From NCBI RefSeq assembly GCF_009914755.1, contig NC_060928.1: a stretch of 64,000 bases of DNA. One strand, 5' to 3'. Below the pieces are notes generated by a model, which saw only the letters and a list, made by a program, of their open reading frames with translations, did no database searches and was not told where the DNA came from. A program made the position numbers and the translations under genes. Position 1 is the first letter of the stretch. Every line of letters begins with the position of its first letter. Shown here in pieces: positions 51,954 to 64,000 of this stretch. Source of the stretch: the human T2T-CHM13v2.0 reference genome, Homo sapiens.

Positions 51954-52662
51954 TTCTGGTATACCTTACAGTCAAATAATACTTTTCTGGGTTGGTTAAA
52001 TTTAAAAAGAAGTGTGGTGTTTGATGAAGAAGAAAGACGTTTCATTTAGCTAAATAATATGATGAAACGTAGATTTGATCACACAAAACATTACGGCTCA
52101 TTCAAGAGTTACTTGTGTGCATATTTGAAATAATGGGTTACAATTTTTAGGTTAAATAAAGAATGGAGACCAGAGACTGATCTCCTGAGAGAACAGGAAA
52201 GCATTAAAGAGCTTAAGGTCAGGAGAGATTTAAGAGCAATTTTAGTGGGAATAAGGGGTGCCAGAATTATAAGGAGATAAGGTTTTTTGTAAAGTAAGTA
52301 ATTTCAGAATACAGTGTTTTAGAAGGAGATGCTGAAGATGACATGTTATCCTATGTAGCATCTGAGTGGCATGGATATGATGGGAACCAGTGTAGAGGAA
52401 TGTGGCACTGAGACCTGCCTGGGGTCTGCACATGAATGTAGAAATCACTGAGAAGAATCCTAAGAAAGGAAAAAAAAAATACACCAGAGTCTCAGCCCAC
52501 AGGAAATCTAGTAGAGCTTCAGTGAAGGCGTATTGATCCAACGTCCTGAAACAAGTCTGAAAATGGGATAGAGTATAAGGAAAAGCACTGAGAGTTTGGA
52601 GGATGTGGGTGAATTTGTAACTTCTTTCTGAGAGAATTTGGAAAGGAGAGAAGGGTCAATAG

Positions 52663-53352
<690 letters not shown>

Positions 53353-54340
53353 GAAAATGAAGAAAGTGAAGGATTTTTCCTTGATAGTTTAACAGGGTTA
53401 GGAAAGTAGAGAAGAAATGGCTAAAAAATAGAAGCAGGTCAGGTAGAAGTGGCTTAAGGAAGAATTGGATTGGCTTTCAATGAAAGCCATAATTTTTTAC
53501 ATTGGTTGGTGAGTGACTCAAGACCCAGCAATAAGGGAAAAAGAAAATGATGAGGGGTAAAGTGGAGGAAGGCTGTAACCACAGGGAAGTGGCTGGGTGA
53601 AGAATCAACCTATACAACATTTCAGTTGGGAGAAATTTTGCTGGAGAAACACAGAACACATTAGCCTTTGCTACCATGAGGTCTCATACCAAAGCAAAGA
53701 GCTAACATTGCCGAGATACTATGTACTTGATTTTGTGCTAGCTCTTTGCATTCAGTATTTTATTAAATCTTCTTCAGAAACATTATTATCCATATTATTA
53801 AGATGAGGACTCTATTTCTTAAAAGTGAAGTGACTTGCCCAAAATTATGAGTAGTAAATTCTGGAATTTGTACATAGGTTGGTCTCACTCCGGAGTCCCA
53901 ACACTATATTACTATAGTACGTATGCTGTCAATTCTAAGATGGCATTAATGGGGATAAATATCATCATGTCACTCTGCTCCTTATAATCCTTTATTAGAT
54001 TTCTATTGCCTGTTGGATACAATTCAACTTGTTCTTCGTTACGTAATGCCCATCAGGATTGGGACTTGCCTACCTGCAAAGATTCATTTCCATAGCTCCA
54101 CCTTCCCATTGAATCTCAGCTACACATAGTCTACCTGCTGTTGAAAGTGCCAAAGGGCCTCCTTGCCTGTGTACACTATGTCTTCCTTTCTCTTCTGCAA
54201 TATTTCTCTCCCTGCATCTTGCCCTTTTCCAGCCACTCCCTCTCCCACCAAACAGTGAGTTTTTTTGAGACTCAGTTCCACTCTCTCACCTTCTTTGACA
54301 CATTCTCTGAAAGCTTATCTAACAGTCCTACTGCTTTATA

Positions 54341-54795
54341 TTCATTCATTCAACAAATATTTATCAGATTCCTACTGAGGATATAATAGTTAATGAGAAA
54401 AGAACCTTGATCATGCAAATCTGGCAAGTAGTGAACTCGATGTAAAATATTACCTATAATCTAACAAGATTTCCTGTAGAATTGAGCATGGTAATAGGAC
54501 ACAAAGCTATGATGTAGGGTTGGGGATGGGACAAGAAGAAGGGAGGTATTTTAAATAGGAAGGTCAAAAAAGTTTTCTCCAATGAGATCACGTTGATTAA
54601 AGACCTTTAGTGAAGAGGGGAAGTGAGCTATGAGGAGACCTGGAAAGAGAATATTCCAGACAAATGAGAACAGAAAAATCAAAAGCCCTGAGGAGGAAAC
54701 AAGTTTGATGTATTGGAAGAGAGGAAGAAGATCCATGCTGCCAAGAAGAGGGGTGGGAAAGATAGGCAGAGGCTGGGTCCTGTGGGACTGTAGAT
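54341..54795 (-). mobile_element. L2 3' end
   Basis: ttcattcattcaacaaatatttat, then tattttaaataggaaggtca, gaatattccagacaaatgagaacag..caaagccctgagg. Confidence 0.75.
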
Positions 54796-55276
54796 CTCAA
54801 CCCTAGCTGCATGTCTAAATTACCCAGAGAGCTTAAGAAACCACTGATGCTGAGACAGACCCCGCCTAAGCAATACAAGTTTAACTGAAGGGGCCCTTGC
54901 TGGGCAGTTTTTAAAACACTTCTCAGTAAGAAATATTTCTGTTATTGAAAGACACCATCAGGGGGTTCCTTCTTCAGGTTTCAGGATACTTTACAAAGAA
55001 GTAATAAGTAAGAGGAAATATCTCTATTTTTTATGAAGCCCTTCTGGGTTCTCAATTATGAATTTTAAGTTCAACTTTACAACTATCACATGAATACATT
55101 CTCACTGTTAAAAAAATTAGAAAAAAAATATAGATATATCCAAAGGCCTCCTTAACTATCTGTAATCCTTCACACAGCTAACAATGGTTATTAGTTGGAC
55201 ATTTATCGTTTTTGTCACTTTTTATGCGATACACGTGTTTATTCTTCTGCTGCAACTTGCTTTAAGAAAACCTGCT

Positions 55277-55398
55277 GAGAATGGAGTGAACCCGGGAGGC
55301 GGAGCTTGCAGTGAGCCGAGATGGCGCCCCTGCACTCCAGCCTGGGCGACAGAGCGAGACTCCGTCTCAACAACAAAAAAAAAAAAAAAAAAGAAAGA
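55277..55398 (+). mobile_element. 5'-truncated AluY (end of right arm only)
   Basis: gtgaacccgggaggcggagcttgcagtgagccgag; perfect 13-bp TSD AAGAAAACCTGCT at 55264-55276 and 55399-55411. Confidence 0.92.
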
Positions 55399-57129
55399 AA
55401 GAAAACCTGCTAACAGTCTTTGACATATTTCAGTGTTGGTACACTTCAGAAATAAGAATTTCAGGGGCACAGAAGATGTTCATTTAAGATTTTAATAGAT
55501 ATTGTCAAGCCACCTTCAATTGAGTGTACCAAATTATGTTCCTGCCAGCATTGTAAGTTAATACTAGTTTCCCCACACCCTAGTAGATACTAGATTTTAT
55601 TGTATCTGAAAATGTGTCACTATGATATATAAAAGAGCATTCAATTTTATTATTGGTTAATTTTCACTTTCCCAACTTTAGAATATGTCCTCTTCTGTGA
55701 ATTGCCCATTTACATACTTTGCCCTCTTATGTTTATCTTTTTTTGTTTTATTTGTACCATTTCTTTACATATTCTAAATTTAATTTTTAGCAGTTACATA
55801 CATTGCAAATATTTTCTTCCAGTCCATCATTTGCCCTTTAACTTATGGAGACTTTTGTCATACAAGATCAGTTATAATGTCACATTGAGGCCAAGTCCTA
55901 AGCCCAGGTAGAGAAAGGTACAGAGAGCTGTTTGTGGGTGTCTGATAGATTATAGTGTTAAGGAAAGTACATATCAGGAAAAGTAGATACAATAGAATTA
56001 TAATTTGTAAAGTAAAATTTGTTCCTTGTTCAATAAAGATTAAGCCTCTCAAATTTTTGAAAACTCCTTGGCATCTGCATATATTAGAGCACACCTCAAA
56101 GACAAGGAAATTCAGCTGTTAAGCTTAGGCAACTATAGAAGATTTTAAAAGGTTTTAACACTTCCTAAATGATATCATAAAGGAAGATGTAATTGATGAA
56201 TGCTGAGTATTTACCTAAATTTGTTGAACTGGATTATGAGAATCAGAAATTATTTTCATCCTGTGCTTCAGAGAGTCTTAATTCTATAAAAATACCATTT
56301 TCATCATTGAGAGACTTCCAACTACGATGCCTTTGTAAACCAAACAGATTGCAAAGTGGTAAAGTTCTACAAACAGTTAAAATACTGTAAGTGTTATGAA
56401 ACAAAAGTTCTGAATTCAACAAGCTGTGAAATACTATATTCAAAGCTGTAGCCTGTGACATCCAATTGGGGAGGTGACTTAAAATAGTGTGGTTAGGAAA
56501 GGTAGCTGCAGTGTTAACCAATGTATTTCTTTGTTTACAGTATTTTATTTCTCCATTTAGCCCTTCCCCATTGAATACATTGAGTACAGTGAAAGTATAA
56601 ACAACAGGATTAAATTACTGACTTTTATACTTCAGAAGTCTGGCTCTCAGGGGCTGAAATAACAGATGTGGGAGAATTCTAATAAATAACAGTAAAATTC
56701 ACAAAACATCTCCTCCCATCCCAGACTAGAAAGAATCCTCTAAATCTGAGAGGACGAGAGCAGGAAGGAATGTAATGAAAGGATTGTCAGCGGGCTTTGA
56801 AACGAGCCTAGTGAACCAGGAGGGACTGTACAGAATAGAGTGACAACTAGGATCTTCCCGCCTCCACCACAAGCACCAGCCATTGTCAGGGCCCCACAGC
56901 AGCCTAGAAGCCCAGGCAGGTCCCTGCTGCCTATGTTTGGTGAGCACCACCCCACACCCTGGTATGCTGTGGTGAAAGGACAGCACTATTAAAAGAGGCC
57001 ATAATCCTATCTACATGGCAATAACCATTACTAACATCTTTGTGTTTTCTATCCACCTATCATTCCATCTTGGCAGCAGATACAGATTTCAACAGTATAT
57101 AAGAAAATGGGTGAAATATTGCCATAGCT

Positions 57130-57690
57130 CTGTTAAGGAGTAAATTTATCACAAGCGTTCATAAATACGAACAAAAATAATTAAGCTAAGCATTTAAATC
57201 AAATATTTTAAATAAACAAAAAAGAGCAAATCTGAGGAAAGCAAGGGGAAGAAAACATTAAAGAAAAAAACAAATAAAAAAATTAAAAAGATTTTTCAGA
57301 GCAGAATTTATAAGTCAATCTAAGATCAGGCTCTTCGAAAATGCCAATCAAGGATATCTAATTAAGAAGGAAGTTCTTGAAAAAGTAAATAAGAAATATC
57401 TAAAAAGAAACAAAAAGGAGAAAAACCTGAAATAAAAAAAATGGAAAATAAGGGTAACATAAAGTTGAATGTAATCCATTTGAAAACCTTGATTCAACAG
57501 TTAATTTTAGAGAAAAAACAAATTATCATGATTGACTAAAGACAAAGGAAAAATTTAAGTAAAATGATAATCATTAAAGAAATTGGACAATTTAGGGAGG
57601 GGAAATGCACTTAAAATGGCTCTATGGCTAGTGTATTTAAGCTAAATTATTTCCGAATTTAAGGAAACAAACAACTTCCATACTATACTA
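57130..57690 (+). mobile_element. Old L1M ORF2 fragment
   Basis: A-rich decayed ORF2 motifs (tttgaaaacctt..aattttagagaaa..aaattatc..aaagaaattg). Confidence 0.5.
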
Positions 57691-57915
57691 TATAATATTC
57701 ACTTTAAAGTCTATTATTCTCTCTATTCCTATATCATGTAAAAATTGAAGGTAGAGATTTTGTTGTTTAAATATTACATAAATATCTAGTTTTAATTGTA
57801 TTTGATGATCAAGTCTAGGTTAGCTCTAAATTTGAGACTTTATTTACTCCGTGTTTTGTGATGTAATAATGTCTCTAATAACATTAGTGAAAGCACCCAC
57901 TGGCACTAACAAAGC

Positions 57916-58201
57916 TTTTTTTTGAGACGGAGTCTTGCTCTGCCGCCCAGGCTGGAGTGCAGTGGCATGAACTTGGCTCACTGCAACCTCCGCCTCCCGG
58001 GTTCAAGCCATTCTGTGCCTCAGCCTCCTGAGTAGCTGGGATTACAGGAGTGCACCACCATGCCTGGCTAATGTTTGTATTTTTAGTAGAGACGGGGTTT
58101 CACCATCTTGGCCAAGCTGATCTCGAACTCCTGACCTTGTGATTCACCTGCCTTGGCCTCCCAAAGTGCTGGGATTACAGGCGTGAGCCACCACGCCCAG
58201 C
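57916..58201 (-). mobile_element. AluS
   Basis: Full reverse dimer; TSD ACTA(A/G)CAAAGCTTT. Confidence 0.93.
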
Positions 58202-58319
58202 ACTAGCAAAGCTTTCTATTGGAAAAGCAGATAGAGCTACTTTTCTTTTCCTCATTGTAAATTCCAAGTCAATTTTTGTTCCTTCTCTTTCAAAACTACC
58301 GTTCCTTTGACATTAATGT

Positions 58320-58880
58320 GATTAATCTTTAGCATCCACTATCTTGCTATCTTCCAGATGTGACTCTTCTTGTAAACAGGCTTGTCTTTTGAAGAAATTA
58401 AGAAGGAAAAATAATCTTTTATATTTGCTTACTTATTTACCATTTCGTGTGATCTTCATTCCTTTATCATCTAGACCCAAATTTTCATCTGGTACCATCT
58501 CCCTTCAGCCTGAAAAACATCTTTTGGCATACCTTGTAGGGCAGGTAGGCTGGCAACAAATTCTCTTGACTTTTGTTTATTTGTAAATGCATTTTATTTC
58601 ACCATGGATATGAAGGTAGTTTTGCTTTGCTCTCAGTTCTGTGGGACCACCATGCTCTTTTTGCTCTTTAATCTGTGCATTATGATTGGGAAATTGTCCC
58701 CAGGCAAATAGTAGAGGTAATTGTGGGACCTATCTGATGGATTTCTCTTCTCTCAGAAATTTCAGTTTTGCATGCCTCTTGTTCAATGACTGAACACAGT
58801 TGCCTCATATATTTGGTCTGGCTTCAAAATTCCTTATGGCAGGAGGGCTAGTCTAGCATGTGTTACTCCATCATGCCTGG
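58320..58880 (-). mobile_element. Old L1M 5'/inter-ORF fragment
   Basis: ttttcatctggtaccatctcccttcagcctgaaaaac..ttgtagggcaggtaggctggcaacaaattctct..tttattttatttcacc is typical L1MC/MD antisense. Confidence 0.55.
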
Positions 58881-59260
58881 AAGTGGAAAGCCTCTAACAC
58901 TGCCTTTTATAACTTTGTAAATCTTTTTTTAATATATCTTCTTATACGTAATTATAAATTTTTGATAACTTTATACTCTTTTATACCTTTAGTATCTGGC
59001 TCTCCCTTTTGTTTTCCCCACCAACTTCTCCTGTCATCATTCCTGGTATCTTCAACATACATACATATTATTTATCCTAGCTTCTTAGTACCTTGATCTC
59101 TTCAACTCTAACAATTTTCTCCTCTACACCAGCTCAGTGACTCAATCACAGACATTATCAACACCAACAACTGTGCCACCTCCAAACTCTCAGTTTTAAA
59201 CATTTCATTACCTGTCTGTTAATTGCTATGCTTCCCCATTCATTTTTTTTTCATCTATTC

Positions 59261-59458
<198 letters not shown>

Positions 59459-59689
59459 TGATATCCTACGCTGTCTATTCTTCAGCCCTATAGGAGTCTC
59501 CAATTTTTTGTTCCAACCAACCACTGTTTTACTGTATTTCATTTCCATGATGGTATCACCCTGCTCCTTACATGCTTAGCTTCCATAGCTCAGTACTTAA
59601 CTCATTCCTACCTGTCCCTTTCTGCATTGTTCTTGTTGCCAAACTACCTGGTCAAAGATTTGTCTGTGCTGCTCCAGCATTGAAGTCAC

Positions 59690-60410
<721 letters not shown>

Positions 60411-60559
60411 GGGAATTATACATCTGCATGCCCACATCTTAATTTAAATATGTGAACAAAAATTTCAAATAAGCACCCAACAAGGCCATTATATTTATCT
60501 ATTAAATTAACTTTCCTGCTCTCTGAGACAATTATTTGACAACTTCTTTAGTTTCCCTC

Positions 60560-61330
60560 TCACATTCCATTACTTTTATCCTCTTTCCCCATTTTAAACT
60601 AAGGACTTAGTTTCATGCTTACTTAAAAAATAAATACGATTTAAAACTCTTATCTTCCCATTACTAAACCCACCAACATACATTTGTCCTTTCCCTCATG
60701 CTCTGCCTTCCTTCTTGGTACAATTGGTATTTATATTAAATTCTCCTTTTACATTCTGCATCCCATTCCTTCTTGGCTTATATGGACTTTGTTCCTATAC
60801 TCATTCCCTTTCTAATTGACAGCATTGATTTCTCTGTCTCTAATGAATCATTTCCATTAGCATGTTAACATTCCTCAAGTACACTCACCAAAAAAACCAA
60901 TACTAAAAATAGTTCTTCCCCAAATCCTTTTGTTTTTAGGTCAATGCTTTAAAGGAGTTATTTATATTTATCTCTACTTCTCCTCTTTTCCTTTCTCATC
61001 TCACTTCAACCCATTACTCTTGGACAATTGATCTTACCACTCTGGAGAAATGGTTTATATTAAGGTCACCAATGACCACCATCTTGGAAATCTTTATTAA
61101 TTTGACTCTTATTTTCATCTTACCAGCCTTTTCAGAAGTTTTTGAAACAATTGTTCTCCGCTCTCCTACTTGAAATTCTTTGCTTCTTCCATGACTCTTT
61201 TTACTTTTTTTTTTTTAAATTCATGCAATACTCCTTTTTGGATTCTTTAGCTGGTATCTCTGCTTCTGTTGGATTTCTAAATGCTAGAGTGTCCTAGGAC
61301 TCTGTCCTTCACTTCCTTCTATTCTCTGAA
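60560..61330 (+). mobile_element. L2 ORF2-derived fragment
   Basis: CT-rich; aaggtcaccaatgacc, tcttaccagccttttcagaagtttttga, tctaaatgctagagtgtcctaggactctgtcctt. Confidence 0.65.
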
Positions 61331-61611
61331 CTCTTATGAACAATGTTACTGTAAATATTTCTGGACACATTTGGTTACAAATTTATGTAACGTTCTCTAA
61401 GGAGTGGAATCATTGCCAGTTAGGGCATGTACATCTTCAATTTTGCTAGAGAAAAATTGTTTGCCAAAGTGTTTGTACCAATCTAAACATTCACTTCAGC
61501 TTATGAGTTTCTATTGCTTTACCTCCTTGTCAGTATTTAGTATTTTCAGGCTTTTAAATTTGGCCAATCTGTGATTGTAAAATATCTCAGATTTTAATTT
61601 GCATGTTTTAA

Positions 61612-61940
<329 letters not shown>

Positions 61941-62097
61941 TCTTTTCATATTTTCGGCGCCAGTTTATATTTATCACTTCCAAATTCATCATAATTGCAA
62001 TTTTAATAAATATTTCAACTATAATACATCTTCTGAAATAATTGATGAACACATCATATTGGACCACAGTAAACACTGATTTCCATTACATAAACTA

Positions 62098-64000
62098 CAG
62101 GCATATCTCATTTCATTGTGCTTTGCTTTATTGCCTTTCACAATATACTTTTTACAAATTGAAGGCTTGTGGCAACCTTGCGTGAAGCCAAGTCTATCGG
62201 TGCCATTTTTCCAACAGCATGTGCTCACTTTGTGTCTCTGTGTCACATTTGATGATTCATTATTATTATATCTGCTATGGTCATCTGTGATCAGTGATCT
62301 TTGTTGTTACTAATGTAATTGTTTTGCGTGCCATGAACCACACTTACATAAAATGATGAACTTAATCCACAAATGTTATGTGTGTTCTGACTGCTCCATT
62401 GACCACCCATTCCCCAGTCTCTCTTTGGGCCTTCTCTGAAAAACAATATTGAACATAAGCCAGCTAATAACCCTACATTGGCCTCTAAGTGTTCAAATGA
62501 AAGGAAGAGTCACACCACTCTCACTTTAAATCTAAAGCTAGAAATAATTAATCTTAGAAAGGCAGGTCCAAAGCCAAAAGAGGCTGAAAGGTAGACCTCT
62601 TGTGCAAAACAGATAGCCAAGTTATGAATGCAAAGGAAAAGTTATTGAAGAAAATAGAAAGTGCTACTCCAGTGAAGCCATGAATGATAAGAAAGTGAAA
62701 CCACTTTATTACTGACATGGAAAATAATTTAGTGGTCTGGATAGAATATCAAACCAGCCACCACATTTCCTTAAGTCAGAGCCTAATCCAGAGCAAGGCC
62801 CTAACTCTGTTCAATTCTGTGAAGCCTGGGAGAGGTGAGGAAGCTGCGGAAGAAAAGTGTGAAGCTAACAGAGGTTGGTTCTTGAAGTTTAAGAAGCCAT
62901 TGCCATAACATAACAGTGTAATGTGAAGAGGCAAGTGCTGATGGCAAGTTATCCAGAAGATCTAGCTAAGAGATTTGATGAATGTGGCCATGTGAAACAA
63001 CTGATTTTCAGTGTAGGACAACAGGCTTCTATTGGAAGAAGATGCCATCTAGGGCCTTCATAGCTAGAGAGGAAAAGTCAATGTCTGCCTTCAAATTTTC
63101 AAAGGCTAGGCTGACTCTTGTTAGGGGCCTAGTTAGGGGCTTTTGTTAACTTGAAGTTAAAGCCACTGCTCCTTTACCATTCCAAAAATCCTAGAGACCT
63201 TGAGAATCATGCTAAAGAATCACGCTAAATAAACTGCCAGTGCTCTAGGAATGGAACAGCAAAGCCTGGGTGACAACACATTTACTACAGCATGATTGAC
63301 TGAATATTTTGAGCCCACTGCTGAGACCTACTGCTCAGAATAAAAGACTCCTTTCAAAATATATTCATTGACAATGCACCTGATCACCCAAGAGCTCTGA
63401 AGGAGATATACGAGATTAATGTTGTTTTCATGTCTGCTAACAACATTCATTCTGCAGCCCTATGGATCAAGGAGTAATTTTGACTTTCAGGTCTTCTTAT
63501 TTAAGAGATATATTTCACAAAACTATAGCAGCCATAGATAATTATTCCTCTGATGGATCTTAGTAAAGTAAATCGAAAATCTTCTGTAAAGGATTCACCA
63601 TTCTACATGTCATTAAGAACATTCATGATTCATGGGAGGAGGTCAAAATATCAACATTAACAGGAGTTTGGAAGATGTTGTTTCCAACCCTCATGGATGA
63701 CTTTGAGGACTTTAAGACTTCAAGGGAGGAAGTAACTGCAGATGTGATGGAAATAGCAAGAGAACTAGAATTAGAAGTAGAACCCGAAGAAGTGACTGAA
63801 TTGCTGCAATCTCAATTGCTGCTTGTGGATGAACAAAGGAAGTGGTTTCTTAAGATGGAATTTACTCCTGGTGAAAATGCTGTGAAAATTGTTGAAATGA
63901 CAACAAAGGATTTAGAATATTACATATACTTAGTTAATGAAGCAGCAGCAAGGGTTAACAGGATGGCCTCCACTTTTGAAGAAGTTCTACTGTGGGTAAA
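62098..64000 (+). mobile_element. Tigger1 DNA transposon (continues past the window end) with decayed transposase
   Basis: TA then CAGGCATATCTC (TIR); transposase start ATG>TTG at 62478 (xASKCSNERKS); [29 protein letters not shown] and LQP.DQGVI motifs broken by indels. Confidence 0.93.

Noticed and set aside
56193-56540. Plus-strand exon candidate ending at GTAAGT (56387) with an acceptor near 56540
   Set aside because: No consistent reading frame or recognisable protein; splice-like motifs alone are common.
62478-63850. Tigger1 transposase as a domesticated TIGD-like gene
   Set aside because: Start codon lost, with many frameshifts and stops.

Overview
Primate (human or great-ape) non-coding genomic DNA, identified by AluJ/S/Y, L1PA, HERV-K and Tigger1 elements. 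I cannot support any intact cellular gene, RNA gene or CRISPR array, and the ORF-track entries I could place are retroviral, L1 or Alu remnants; the rest look like chance ORFs. Bases 5.4-22.3 kb form an ERV cluster. A two-LTR HERV-K(HML-3)/HERVK9 provirus (MER9 LTRs, CACAGG TSD) sits inside a MER52A LTR, which sits inside an L2 3' end. Tail-to-tail with it is a two-LTR non-coding MER4 provirus carrying an Alu, an LTR8 piece and a MER41A solo LTR. Downstream are a full-length old L1PA (L1PA15/16-like), a twin-primed 5'-inverted L1PB, many Alus, MER30, MER1A, a short L1PA2-type insertion and a Tigger1 that runs off the window. The best leads are: in-frame deletions of matrix and of most of env in the HERV-K (an IAP/MusD-like 'intracellular' layout), a 31-bp-arm hairpin, an unexplained ~110-bp local duplication, a closely spaced inverted Alu pair, and a promoter-like patch near 43.8 kb. 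I found no convincing new biological system. Repeat family names come from recalled consensus sequences and need RepeatMasker/Dfam confirmation.
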